From Zootoca vivipara (taxonomy: Eukaryota), in contig NC_083277.1 of the NCBI RefSeq assembly GCF_963506605.1, forward strand, positions 104,470,001 through 104,534,000: 64,000 nt of DNA, given 5' to 3'. A model generated the notes under the pieces. That model made no database searches, was not told the DNA's origin, and saw only the letters and a program-made list of their open reading frames with translations. Positions 35,711-49,687 of this stretch are shown piece after piece; within the stretch, counting starts at the first letter, position 1, and each line of letters opens with the position of its first letter. The translations under genes and the position numbers were made by a program.

Positions 35711-38194
35711 TGCTCATCATCACTCTCTCACGCTGCTGCACCAGAGGGAGCAAAGATCTCGTAGGCTACCCAGAGGGGTTTTCACTGTGCTTTTCTTTCT
35801 TTCTTTAGTTAAATAGTTCTTTTGGTGCTGGCTAAAACTGGTCCCGAGAGTAGTTAGCCATTGCCGTCTGCCGCTTGGCCTGTTAAGGGATGTTGGGAAC
35901 CGGAGTGGAGTATGTGCATTTTGTGGATGGAGAGAAAGGACACAAGCAATCCGCCTCATCCTCTCCCGCTTCACACGGCTGAATTGCCTGCTGTCACGGT
36001 GACCTTTGGAAGAAGCGGAGGCGAGGTGTGTACAGCAGTGAAATACACCTCTCCAAAGTAGCTGGCCTGTCTGTGTTTTGGCTGGATGCGAAAGGAACGA
36101 GAGGAAAATAGGATTTCCTCTCTGTTACCTTGAGGGAGAAGTTGTCTACTTTGCACGTCTCCAAAGCATAGATGGGACAATGACATCTTCAACGCCAGAC
36201 ATAGTTGCTGGGCTGGGCTGGAAGTGAATGCAGCTGCCAGGGAAAAAAATGAAGCCAGGGGTTGGGGAAAGGAGTCAGGATACCATAAGACCAATGGTTG
36301 TGGGGGCTGGGAAGTGTATGTGTGAGGTGCACAGCAATAATAATGGCATGGGCAGGTAAGCTTCCTTGCATTGTAGCAATGGTGGCGCCATCTTCTCCAC
36401 ATCTCTAGGCATTTGTGCAAAACCCAACGGGCAATCAAACAAGACAGGACTGCCGACCGTCACCTGCTTTTCATTCCTGCTCTTGCCCCCACCCCCACCT
36501 GATCACATCCAGACAATATGAGCTAGTCCTGCTCAGTTAACGGTATAAGAAGTTGCTTTAAAAATACTCTGGTCATTTGTAATGCCCAATCCGGCTGGCC
36601 ACAGCTCCTCAAGCTCTCAGACAGGAGTCATTCTCAGGCTTCCTACCTGAAATGGCAGATGGTAGGGATTGAACCCAGGACTTTATTCCACGCAAGTTAT
36701 GGGTGCTACCACCGATTTATGGGCTCTGAGCTCTGCTGGCTACAGATTAGACCCGAGACCTTCTTTTTTTTTAATGGCAAGCAGGCAGTCGCAGATCAAT
36801 TGCCAAAATCGATTTTAATTGATTTTATGTAAGCCACTTTGGGAGCCTCTTTGGCTGAAGAGTGGTGTACAAATGCTCTAAATAAATACAAATAAAATAT
36901 ACGCATTGCCCCCTGCTACCCAGCTCATTAGCAGTTCGGCAAATCTGAAGTAGGCAACAGATTAATATATACCTCCCCATCTCAGTGTTATAGGAGAAGA
37001 AATTATGGGGCTGTACACTGGAGGAGAGGGGCAGGGCCTGCAATAACTAAACTTGGCTTGTGAACACTGAGATCCTGGAGCAAACAGAGCAATAGGATTT
37101 GCTTGGCTTCTGTTCATTCATCCTGAAGCTTTAAATATGGAGATTCGGTGATGGGAAAAGTGTGTCCTGAGAAATTGCCTCTGTTGAAGGCCTCAGAGCC
37201 CCACCAGGAGAAAAAGTTAGCTACCTGCTTTATTCAAGTGATTGGCCTCTTAAAAACTATTCTTGTTAGCATTTGAATGGAACTATTTGGGTTTCTCCCG
37301 AGAGCAGGATAGAGATTAGGTTAGAGAGTAACTGTTTGTTGTTCCAAAGCTGCAAGGTATTTTTAGAATGAATTCACCCAAAACCTTGGAATGGAACCGG
37401 CAAAAATATATATGTAAAAGATCTTTAGGCCAGGACTGTGTGTACTTTATGATTCTGCAGAGGTTTGGGAATAAACACGTGGTGGACCTCACCTTTTAAT
37501 TTGAAAGGTTTTTGACTTTCATAGTTGAGAAAATAAGCTTGGAAAGTATGCAGATAGGAGGGAGAGCTCTGAGCCAAAAGCGTAGTCACCAGGAGACAAA
37601 TAACTGGTGCCTTAAGAGGACAATCCGAACCCTGTCTACTCAGGAGTAAAATCCTACTTAATTCAATTGGACTTACTCCTAGGTAAGTGGGTTTAGGATT
37701 GCAACCTACTCTCCCCATGGTTGAACAAGCAGAATGGTGAGAATGTATGCCAATTTATAGACACCAGAGAGTTTACAGTATGTTTTCTTGGCATAGGACT
37801 TGGGTTTTCCCAATACAGTTCCCACAGCCCTACTTTTATGGAACTTCTGATATATAGAAATACTTTCAAATGCGGATGATTTTAATAAATAGAATCCTAA
37901 AAATTACTCTGGCCCATTTTTAAAACATTGAGTTTGTACCGTACTCGCGCGTGGCAGTTGTAAACCGTGTGTCTCACTCATATTAGGCATCTTGGGAACC
38001 TCTTCCTTTTTCAGGGAAACAGGGTATAGTACATGTATCTTCACAAGCACATCCGCTCATTTCTGATGAAATGAAAGTGTGTGTGTGTGTGCGTGTGTGA
38101 ATGAATCGGCATGTGTGAATGAATCAGCATGGCTTTGTAAGAATGGGGAGCCAGCACAAAACTGGCAATAATCCAGTTAGGAAAACAAGAGACC

Positions 38195-41100
38195 AGACTG
38201 TTAAATTACTCATGTTTATTTATAACAGACCTTCAGCCAGTACAGTACAAAACTTAACAGTAGTATAATCTCCATTACACAAATATGTACTTACAATATA
38301 TTACAGATACAAAAAAGCTTTTGCAGTAAGAGGTTTTTCTTTTATTTAAAAGTGAGCTTAACCCCACCAAAAAAAAAGGAAATAGAGTGCGACACCAGCA
38401 AATCCAATAACAATATACAAATGAAAGCTTGTTAGAAAGAAGAGAAGAATATTGTAGCGGGTTGGGGATATTGCACATCTTTTTGTTCTTCATACATCTG
38501 GTTAAAAAATATATAATATTTACACAAGTTAGAGACCTGGAGTTTTACAAAATTTCCAAGATTTGTTTTTTTAGGCTCTTCATACAGGTGAAAGCAAAAA
38601 TAAAACAGAACACTGGTTTTCTTAGAAATTTTAGAGCTTTGTTTCTCTAAAAACAAACCTGTTTCCGTTTTCACAAAAGGGGAGAAGCAGGAGGTAAGTT
38701 GTGAAGTCTGAAACAGGATTCTTGCTCCCTGATTCATCACAGAAGCAGGTTTAAGAGAGATCCGTACCATTCCACAGTGCAGTAAATATAGTTCAACAGT
38801 GATGAGCTGGAGATCTTCATTTAGCTCAAGAACTACACAATATTTCTGATAATTTTTTAAAAAAAAAAACAACCAAAAGAAAACCAAAGAGTTCCTGCAG
38901 AGAGTGGTTCTATTCCCACTAAAAACAGGAAGAAAAAGTCTGAATGTGGGCTTTGTATGGAGGCACAAAGGGATATCTTTACTTTTTACAAATAGAAATC
39001 AACAGTAACAAATGACCCTTTAGGTGCTTCAATTTACCAGTGTGGCATTAATTGATGCCAAGTACCCAAGGGCCATCTTTGGCTTTCAAGAAGTCAGTAC
39101 CCAACTATGAAAGCCGGTTTTCCTATTAATTTGTTGTTGTTGTTCGTGTCAAAGAATCACACTTGTATCCGGAAAACAAATCTGTAAAAATATCTAACAA
39201 GAAAAACTGCACTAATGTATTTCCTTCCCAATGTTATATGTCAAGAAGTCAATACATGCCCCCACGTCTTGACAAATGTATCAAGATGACAAGCATAGCT
39301 AGTTGGATTATGTTTTACAGTTTTCACAGCAATATTAGTCTCTGCATTGAAAAATAAAATGATGCATCTTCCCAGAATTTGGTCTACCGGAGCTGGAAAG
39401 AACTCTAATCTCACATGGAAAAGATGAGAGCATTGAGGATCACTTCTAGAACTGGAAGGGTAGATTATTTTAGGGAAAGAAACTCCATATTCTTAGCAAC
39501 CTTCCCTAAGGTGGTGTTTCCGATGCTTTGTACTGTAACTCGCCTTCAGCCCAAACCAACATGGCTGTTGGTTGATGGGGAGTTGAAGCCCCCCCCCAAA
39601 AAATGTGGAAAGGCCCCCGGTTGTGTAACAGCTGCTCTTAGGTGTGTCTCCCCAAGCTCCATTTTACAGATTGAAATTTATTTATTTAAGTGCCTAGCAT
39701 GAACTATGCAGCTGATCTACTAAGTGGGGGGAAAGCAGATACAAATTTTGCTCTCTGCTTTATTTCCACTTCTGCTTAAAACACTGGTCACATAATCAAA
39801 CAAACAAACACCACACATAAGATTTTGCCTATGTCTGGGGAATAAGTGATCTCTTTCAATGGTTGGAGGACTTGGTAAATACCAACTTTTGTTTCGCCTT
39901 GATTGATGGACCAAAAAGTGCTTGCCAATTAAATATAGTGTTGCCGAAACACACAGGGAGAGACTCAAGGCCACAGCACAACCCAGCATGTGTGCCACAA
40001 CCAGAGATCCAGACAGCCTCACGTACCTAGAGGGAAGTGCTCTTTGTCAGATCCTACAAGAGAGAATCTGCCTAGAAATGGAAATGACTCTTGCAAACAC
40101 CATTCTAGGCCTAGATCCATACTAGGGTGGAGAGGGAGGAACAAAAACATGCACACAATTGAGTTTGCTTCTCTCATTACTGCTATACACACAGGTCTGC
40201 CTGGATCTGAAGATGTGCAAACATCTCAACTCAGAGATTTAATTCTACTGTAACATTTGAAGTTCATGTGACAAATGTTTTAGATCTTTCTCTGAATGCA
40301 TTTATGTGAAAAAGCTACAATTAGTTTTCACAGGATGAATCCTATAAGCAAGATGCAAGAATCATCTAAAATACTGGCGTGTTAGGCGGTTCATGGAAAA
40401 AAATGTTGAAAACTCATTCTGGAAGTAGCTTTTTTTACTCGCTCATATACACAAAATGGGCCAAAACAGTCACTCAATGACACGTAAATGTCTTTAAAAG
40501 TTGGAAATCAGCTTTGAGGTTTTTTATTAAATGTAATAAATGTGCATTAGATTTCCAACATCCCGCTTTCACAAGTCTTTAGATAAGCCTTTCCTGAGAA
40601 CCCAAATGTGTGTTTTAAAAAATAGCTAAGAAGCAGCTTTAAGATATGCTCTCACAGATTTCCAGGGGCACAAATGGAACACCTTGAGTTCATTCATTCA
40701 ACACAATTATCTTACCAAACTGCTTGTGTTAATCTGACTCAAACCTTCATGTTTGCAAGATTTGCAGTGGACATATCCTAACTTTTAAAGCAGTATGAAG
40801 TCAAAACATTCAAAAATACAATGTATAATGGCTGGATCATAAGATGTCTCCAGTCACATGAGAAACCCCGTAACAATTCCCAGTACAGAAGTGTCATCCC
40901 CAGAATCACCACTGGGCAGTTTCATTCAGATAATATAATTTAATGAGCATCCAAGTCTTGGGAATTATTGAGGGGGGAACTATGCCATCTGAACTGATTC
41001 TTCGGTTTAACAATCACAAAAAGTGCTGAATACTGTACACCAATAGGAGATATGAGTGCTTTAAAAAAATCAATCAAAATCCTTTATCCAAGGGCCTAAG

Positions 41101-43942
41101 GAATAACAGGGAGGGTGTGGAAAGTACAATCCTCATTGAAAAGACAGGAAGTGGACTCTCAAGTCCCTTTAGCAATTTGGCAAAGTCTCCCAGCAGGTTC
41201 CATTTGTATTGCACAATAGTAATCTTAATGACAAGAATTTTAATATTCTATTCCCTCCTCGTCTGCTTGAAGCCACAAAATACACATTTGCCGGAACCAG
41301 CTCAAAAATGCCTTCTGAACCTCTAAGATACAATTCGTATGCTGAACCCAAGTGACAAAAGCAGAAGGGGAAAGTGACTTTGTACCAGAAAGGTTAAGTA
41401 AGAGCTTTAAGAAAGTGTGGCAGAACAGTGGAGTGCAACTATTTGAAGGAAGGTTCTCACCTTCCCATCTTCTAGAAGAATCCCCCGGAATATCTCATTT
41501 GTCAAGGCCTTTCCAGTTAAGCAAATCTGTCTAGCCTTGCAAGGGGTGGAGACAGCTTGGAAAATTTAGCATTTCACATCTCAAAAAAGCAGTCTAATAA
41601 CAAAAGGGCAAAACCAAACAAAATGTTGCAACTTGAGGTGTTTCTAAGTAGAAAAAGAACAGCCTTTGGTTTATCCCACAAGGAAGCAGTTTGCTGAGCT
41701 GCTGTTGAGCAAGTTAGTTTTTATGCATCATGGGCATTTATCTAAAACCACAAGCCTTCTCCCCCTTGCTGTGTCCTAAGACTAGAGATACAATTTTACC
41801 TTTACCTCCCATCTCCTTCTGTCAGGCAAGGTGCTTCCAGCAGGTCAAGGTGCTGAGATGAAGGACAACACCTTGCAGAAAGGCAAACTTCCCAAGTTAT
41901 GCTGCCTCAACGCCCAAGCCTTTACATCTGGCGATTATACTCTTAAAAGCAAGGATAAACAGAATTTCTGCTTGGGCTGGTAGGAATGACTGCATAAGCC
42001 TGACGTGGAGTAACAAATCTTGCCTACAGTCCACTAACAGCAGCACATCTTCAACCAAACTACAGAATGGAGGTTTCAGCCCTTCGTGGTGATCAAGGCT
42101 TTAAGACACTAAAGTACACAAAAGCAAGATTTTTCGGCGGGATCTGCATTGCAGAACACCAATGGCCCTCTTTGGCACCACTGATTACGTACCTGTGAGA
42201 AAATGGGAGACTCTGGCTACTGTGTAGATATTGGGCAGACAGTTTTTACCGGAAGTTACTCTACACGATTTTGTCCATGCCGCTGTATGCTTTTACGTAG
42301 CTTTACAAGACAAGGACCTCCCACCTTCATGGCTGCTGCTGCTGTCAAGAGTTTGCTAATTGAGTCCAAAAAAAACCACCATATGCTTTCTGAACACGGA
42401 TCACTAAGGTTTTTGTTTGATCTGTGCAAAAACAAGGCAGCCCTTCCTGCTGGGAAAGAAGTCAAACCCCAAGCTACTTTGTGATAACCAATTCCTGGGC
42501 AACTGACTGGAGTGAGGCAGAAGTCAGGCACCAGAACGACAACAAAGAAGGGACAAGTCCTCAACACCCAACTCTAGTAGTTGCAAGGGAGGTTACTAAA
42601 AGCCACAGAGGCTTTTGCTATCTTGTTTCCTGCCTTCCACTGAAAGTCCCTTGATTATGTCTCCTAGGAATCACATCCAACAGGGTCATGTTTATTTATT
42701 CACCCTATGGAAGTTGCATGCTTTTGGAGAGAGAAGTCAGTGACATACACTCACCTAAGGGTTGAGGCTCACACCTTCTAAAACTTCCACTAAAAAAATG
42801 ACTCTTTAAGAGCCGGCAGAAGGAAGCTCAGAGGACGTTAGCTCAAGCAACCCTTCTGGACAGAAGGTCACGCTGAACAACACGGACACCAAGCACATCC
42901 TTTTGAAGGAGGGCATCCCAGATTCTTAACAGCTGGGATGCAGAACATGCCCTTTAACCAGGCAATGCTAAGGTTCCTTCCTTGCATCCTGGGGGGGGGG
43001 GGGAATAGCATTTGCTTTCCTAATGCTGATCTTCAATTGAGCTTGCAAAGGCAGCACACTGGCAAACTTTGTACACGAACGCTTGCCACCTTCCTTCAGA
43101 CTAGTTGGTGCTGCATCTCCTTCATTTTCACCAGAATTCGCCACCTTTTCTGTGCCCCGAAAGAAGAGACAGCACGTTTCGATACAAAGCTGTCATAAAG
43201 TAGAAGCATAGAGGTATAGAGTTCACGGGACCACAGAGTTCCTAGTAGGATACCTTTCTATGCTGTGTTTCACAGACACCCAAAAAAGAGGGAACACGTG
43301 GTTCTTCCTGACATCACCATCTAAGTGTAACTCAAATCGTGGCTTTCCTAGCCCCTTTGAAAGGGGGAAGTTCTACAAGAGTATATTAGCACCTGATCTG
43401 AGGTTCTTAATGTCTAACATGGTGGCTTGACAAGAGATACCTGAACTGAAATTCACCAAAAGAAGCCCAGAGAAACTTTGAATGGAGGAGGAAGGAGAGA
43501 CAGACACGAAAGACACTAATATCTTGCTGATGTGTACCAGAGGTGTGTGTCGCGTCCCTCAAAAGGGAGGAAGCCCCTGGCAAAATGACATAAAGAAAAG
43601 GCTTGCATGACCACAAAATAGAGAGAGAAATGAAATTAATAAATAACAACTAGGAGTGGAAGAGAATCAAAAGCACAAGAGAACTTTAAAATCAATAAAC
43701 AGTATTTAAATAACACAGCGTAGAAAAGGCAAATGTTATGAGCTCCTCCCCATCTCAAGTTTGTTGGATTTTTTTTTTAAGTTAGGGTTTTTATTTTTTA
43801 TTTAGAACATTTCTCTTTTTTAGCCAAAGTCAGTGCAACGGAGTACAAAAGAAAAGAACGGCTCCATACCCAACGAGGATGGGGCACGAGAGATGGGGAG
43901 GGAGATTTGGGGAGGTGGGGAAAGAGGGGAGAGAGTTTAGGA
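38195..43942 (-). other. IKZF4: IKZF4 3'UTR, ~5.7 kb; polyA signal AATAAA at 38215-38220
   Basis: No recognisable repeats from the stop to an AATAAA followed by a GU/U-rich element; U-rich terminal region with Pumilio element TGTAAATA at 38517-38524. Confidence 0.65.
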
Positions 43943-44691
43943 CTAGCCGACTTTATGCTCCCCTCTCACTATGTGGGAGGAGAACTCGTACCGGTCTTGG
44001 CTGTGATAGCCGCAGATGTTGCATTCGAAAGGGTCTCTGAAGCCGTGGCAGCCCATGTGGATAGTGAACATGACGTGGTCCAGGAACAAGATTCGGCAGT
44101 GCTCGCATTTGAAGGCTTTTATCTGTTCCCCTTCATCATTCACCACACGCAGGGCTTCTTTGGCTGAGCTGGGAGTTGACCGAGTAGTGGTGGGAATGAT
44201 GCCCTCTTGTACTTTCGGGTCCTCTTTGGCGTAGGCCGGACTCTGCCGGCTGCTGGTGCAGTTCCCAATGACGGACAGCAGCGGCTGCTGTGAGCCCCTC
44301 TCCTCGTGTATGCTCTCAGTGTCCGTGGAATCCTGGCAGCCGTTGCTAGGTGACACCATGCTGGGCTCCCGAGATGCCCGGTACACAATCTGCGTCCCGT
44401 CGGGAAGGTCCTCGTGGCCTTCCGCAGCTTCCCGGCTTCCTGCTATTTCCAGCCTGCCCGGGAGGGGCTGAATCTGCGTGTAGACGGAACTGATGACGGG
44501 GGTGATCTCGGAGATGCAGTTGGTCGGCGGGATTCTGAGAGGGCGCAAGTGTTCTGCTCCCATGAAGGACAGGGATCCGCCAAAGCTCGTGTCCATGGGA
44601 TGGTGGGCCGCCACCATCTCCACGTCCTTCTCGAAGCCGGAGCTGACGTCAAATGCCATGTCGGAGAGGCCAAACCGCATCTGCTTCTCTC
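43943..44691 (-). CDS. IKZF4: IKZF4 (Eos) last exon with two C-terminal dimerisation fingers
   Basis: GEKQMRF..SPSNGCQDSTDTES..FKCEHCRILFLDHVMFTIHMGCHGFRDPFECNICG..RGEHKVG-TAG. Confidence 0.97.
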
Positions 44692-45952
44692 CTAAGGCAA
44701 AGGACAAAAGGTATCAAAATACAAGTTCACTATACAGTCAATAATACGATGAGCCTGTTAGGGATGGAAGTCAAATAAGAGCACAGCAAAAACCTTGCAA
44801 AGAAATCTCTGGATGCAGCTATTGCCGCACATGCAGGGTGTTAATCTCTTGCCCCCACCAGTTCTTGTACGTAGCCCCCTCTTGTTCCTTTCAAATGCAA
44901 AAGGAGAACCTGAGAGACATGACCAACCTGAGCAACTGGCTCTCATTGGTCAGAAAGAGCCAGAGATCCTTCCTTCAAAAGAATCAGAGGGGAGAGAAGT
45001 TGAGCAGCTCCTGCTGTTGGGGGGGGGTCCCTCTACCATAGGGGTCCAGATTGGGTCTTCTATACCACCAGGAAGCTAACCTTCCTTGCTGTCTACTCAT
45101 AAACAGACTAGAAATATTATATCACAGAGGCTGGGGCTGGGGCTGGGGCTGGGGTTAGTCCAGTTTCAGGCCCACAGTACTCTCTGGCTTATTTTGTATT
45201 TTGATCTTACCTTCTGCCTATTTCCCCCCCCCAACCTTTTATTTCTAATAAGGTTTCACAATTTAACCATGTGTGCAATTGCCAACCACAGGATTCTAGA
45301 ACTCCCACGTGTCTAGACAATTGGAATTTACATTGCCGAAAGTTTAGGATCAGAGTTGTAAGAGGCTAGCATGTCCCTCCGAGCTCTGGGAGAGACTCGG
45401 GCAACGTGGGCTGCCTTTACATAAAGTTATAAGGGAGTAGTCTGGAAAATACAAGGTGTGTTGGACTCAGGGTTCCCGGTCATAAGGAAGTTGAGGGGGG
45501 TCTGCCAGGGAAATGAACAACCTTTCTTTGATCTCCAAGGTTGGGTAAAGCAGCCGAAAGCTAAGCTCGCTTTCCTCAGCAAGTTGTGTGCTGGCTGAAT
45601 GGAAGAGTGTAGGGTGCGCTGGCTCAGAGCCTGTTTAAAAAAGAATGGGCTTTGGTGCTTTCCTGTTTCTGTCCCATCTGGTCTGCAAGAGGGTGTGGGA
45701 GGGTGCTGGAAGCAAGTACCGGATTAAAAGACTCAGGTGGCAGCACTGCAGGGCTGTTGTGCAACAGCTGGGGAAGGAAGCGGGTACATGAGGCTTTCCT
45801 GAGCATCCCCCCTCTTCTCCGCAGCACATAGCTCTGAGTCTGCACATGACTGGAGGCAAGGAATACTTTATGTAAGAAGTAGGGGGAAGGCTCAATTTGA
45901 ACTTGCTTCTTGAGTTTGTGACTCCATGTTGCACTTATTTGTTGTTTACTTT

Positions 45953-45996
<44 letters not shown>

Positions 45997-46290
45997 GGCT
46001 TGTCAGTCACGTGTTACCTGAAAGTCTCTAACTTACAACACATTCAATAACATGAATACAATTAAATTATACCATGAAAACAGAAGAAAACAACTCCCAC
46101 AACAGCCAAATTAATCTAGTGGGTCTACCACCTTGTAGTTTAGTTCTGCGCCAGACATGAAGCCAAATCCTACTAATGGCAGCTATTCCAGCGACCATAA
46201 ATGGCTGTCAAGTCCCAGTCTAGCGGTAGCTGCCATCTTGCTGCGAGATGCCCTACCCAACCACTTTTTTGCAATCCAGCATGGAGAGGG

Positions 46291-47183
46291 ATAGAATCAT
46301 AGAATCATAGAGTTGGAAGAGACCACAAGGGCCATCCAGTCCAACCCCTTGCCAAGCAGGAAACACCACCAAAGCATTCTTGACATATGCCTGTCAAGCC
46401 TCTGCTTAAAGACCTCTAGAGAAGGAGACTCCACCACACTCCTTGGTAGCAAATTCCACTGCCGAACAGCTCTTACTGTCAGGAAGTTCTTCCTAATGTT
46501 TAGGTGGAATCTTCTTTCTTGTAGTTTGAGTCCATTGCTCCGTGTCTGCTTCTCTGGAGCAGCAGAAAACAACCTTTCTCCCTCCTCTATATGACATCAT
46601 TTTATATATTTGAACATGGCTATCATATCACCCCTTAACCTTCTCTTCTCCAGGCTAAACATACCCAGCTCCCTAAGCCGTTCCTCATAAGGCATCGTTT
46701 CCAGGCCTTTGACCATTTTGGTTGCCCTCTTCTGGACACGTTCCAGCTTGTCAGTATCCTTCTTGAACTGTGGTGCCCAGAACTGGACACAGTACTCCAG
46801 GTGAGGTCTGACTTCCCTGGTACTATTACTATTACTTCCCTTGATCTAGATGCTATACTCCTATTGATGCAGCCCAGAATTGCATTGGCTTTTTTAGCTG
46901 CTGCATCACACTGTTGACTCATGTCAAGTGTGTGGCCTACCAAGACTCCTAGATCCTTTTCACATGTACTGCTCTCAAGCCAGGTGTCTACCATCCTGTA
47001 TTTGTGCCTTTCATTTTTTTTGCCCAAGTGTAGTACTTTACATTTCTCCTTGTTAAAATTCATCTTGTTAGCTTTGGCCCAGTTGTCTAATCTGTTAAGG
47101 TCATTTTGAAGTGTGATCCTGTCCTCTGGGGTATTAGCCAGCCCCACCCCACCCCCAATTTGGTGTCATCTGCAAACTTGCTC
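46291..47183 (-). mobile_element. CR1 LINE 3' fragment
   Basis: (ATTCTATG)-type tail; RT C-terminal peptides LQNDLNRL..KCKVLHLG..EKDLGVLV. Confidence 0.92.
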
Positions 47184-47336
47184 ATGATAAAAGCTGGCGG
47201 GGTTGCGAATGCAGGATCTGATGGCCCACAGGGAAACACCCAAGACAATAAATAACACAACTGTCGGTGGTCAACAGCTCCGTTGTCCTGCCACTACCTT
47301 TAGTCCACTTCCAGGAATCCAGGGGAAGCTCCTTAC

Positions 47337-47468
47337 CCACAAATTTCTGAGGTGTGGAGCGTTTTCGTTTGGTGATGCTGTTTGCCAGTCGGTCAATGAA
47401 GGTCGGCCGGTCGGCTGAGGAGTGAAGCATGGAGTCCGGCACCATCTCCAAGTCCCGCATCTCGTCAC
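47337..47468 (-). CDS. IKZF4: IKZF4 exon (132 nt)
   Basis: GDEMRDLEMVPDS..FIDRLANSITKRKRSTPQKFV; AG/GT, phase 1-1. Confidence 0.96.
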
Positions 47469-47689
47469 CTGGCAAGGAAACAAAAGCAGGTGTGACGTTT
47501 GGCTCCCTAGAGCATTTCTGCCTCAACCTTTGGAAGGCCTATATTGTGGAAAAAGAGATGCTGATGGTTCAGTGGTTTGCCGAGGGAGGAAAAAGTCACA
47601 CAGCAAAATCAGCAAGAATGGAACAGACTCCCAATGCTAAATTTCATTCATCCAATTTAGATCCTGTTCCCCAGGTCTATGATAACAAC

Positions 47690-47995
47690 AACTTTATTAT
47701 TTGTACCCCCAACTATCTGACTAGGCTGCCCCAGCCACTTTGGGCGGCTTCCAACATATATAAAAACATAATAAAACATTACATGTTAAAAAGCTTCCTT
47801 ATACAGGGCTGCCTTCAGATGTCTTCTAAAGGTTATATAGTTACTCATCTCCTTGACATCGATGGGAGGGCATTCCACAGAGAGGATGCTACTACCGAGA
47901 AGTCCCCCTGCCTGGTTCCCGGTAACCTCACTTCTTGCAGTGTGGGAACTGCCAGAAGGTCCTCGGAGCTGGATCTCAGTGACCAGACTGATCAG
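47690..47995 (-). mobile_element. L2-clade 3' fragment
   Basis: Reverse-complement similarity to 7620-7880. Confidence 0.75.
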
Positions 47996-48891
47996 TGAAC
48001 CCATTTAGACTCTGTGCTTCAAGGCCATGGTCTCTCTGACTACCAGGCCCTACATGTTCTAGACACTAAAACCCAAATATTCACCTGGACTAGATATGGG
48101 TTTCTAGTCCTCATCATCTAACTAGTGCCTGCTGCTGAAACAGATGGCAAGATGCCTCATGCTAAGTGATCCATAAATGAAGCAAATAATAACGATGATG
48201 GCAACAGTAACTAAATCTGCATTTAGATGGAAATTCCATGCAGTGGAGGGCAGGGGCGAACGAAGCATGATCGGTACCCGGGGTGGGGCAAACCGACCGT
48301 ACGGTGAATGTACGGCGCCACTACGTACGGTGCATGCCACAGGGCAGCAGGATTGCCTGCTTGCCGCTGCAGCTGCTGCCGCCCATACGGGCGGTTTGCT
48401 GACAGTGCTGCAAACATCTGCACGGCTCTGCTCGCTCCCTCTGCCTTGGGGAGGCGGTGGCCTTTGCCGCTGCTGCTACAGCCACAACCGCACCAGCTGG
48501 TGCTGCTCCTCCTCCTGCTGTGGGGGTGAAGAGGCGGCAGTGGAGGGTATACCCATGAGAGGAGGATCCTTTGCACGCGGCTGTGGCAGCGCGATGGCAC
48601 CCCCGTGGGGTGCCCTCTTGTCACCCTGCCAGAGATGGTGCCAGGGGCAGTGCGCTCCCTCCGTTCCCCCCCTTTCCTATGCCACTGGTGGAGGGGAACA
48701 ACCTCAAAGAGGAAGTGCCCGCTAGGGAAGGCATTTTGCAGCACAGAAGACGATTCGGACTGTTCCAGCCACACAGACCCTCCTAGCCGGTTTGGATACT
48801 TGCAAAAGTTGCTGTGCGCAAAGCCATCCTAAGTGACCGACAACACTGCCCCTCGAACTCGCCTGTTCCAGCCTGGCAGGTCCGGACTTAC

Positions 48892-49041
48892 CTTGCTGGC
48901 CAGCCAGCGACTGTGGTTCAGTGTTAAGACTCTGCAGGTAGTTGTGGCAGCGTTCCTTGTGCTCTTCCAACGTGCTTTGCTGCTTGTAGCTGCGGCCGCA
49001 ATAATTACATTTGTAGGGCTTTCCGACAGTGGGGGAGGAGA
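48892..49041 (-). CDS. IKZF4: IKZF4 exon with zinc finger 4 (150 nt)
   Basis: [37 protein letters not shown]; the VSSPTV linker is Eos-type. Confidence 0.97.
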
Positions 49042-49687
49042 CTGAAACGGAAAGGGAAACATAAATGGGTCCAGTAATAAAATTCACATGTTTCTCGAAC
49101 CGCCACAGCAACTGTTGGGTCAGCAAGAACCAGGAAGCGCTGACAGCCTGCCTGCAGCTGTAGGAATGAAAGGAGACAGGCACAAACAAAAAACAACAAC
49201 CACCAACTTCGCAAATGGTTCAGTTGTCTGTCTCTGCAACTGTGCCTGGCTTGAGACGCTATAGGAAAAGGGGCATCTTTCAAATGATTTCCTGCTGAAA
49301 GAAGTCCTCCTCTCTCCAGTCACCATTTCTATGATCATCGCTGCCAAGATCAAATATGTGTTTGTCCCCTCCCCAGCTTTCTGGTAAGGGACTCAGATCA
49401 GATCAGAACATCCTCATTAGGCCCTAGTCACTGAAGGCACTCCAAAATTCAAGGACAACTGATATAACTGCCCTCATTTTGTTCTTCCCGCTTTACATAT
49501 CTGAATGTTACTATTTAGAGAGTAAGGGGGCTTTAGCGGAGCATCAGAAGTCCTCACTGATGGATCAATTGGAAATCATTGCTAAAAGAAGTGTTCCCCC
49601 CCCAAAAAAAAAGCAAAGAGGAAGTGCTTGTCACAGTCTGAATTAGAAGCCAGACCAGTGCCTGATTTCTATAATGAAATAAGTTAA

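Noticed and set aside
34757-35808. 297-aa antisense and 320-aa alternative-frame ORFs over the zinc-finger exon
   Set aside because: Expected from very high third-position GC in a finger array; no independent domain or splice evidence
45129-45155. (GGGGCT)n potential G-quadruplex in the last IKZF4 intron
   Set aside because: Short simple repeat with no evidence of function
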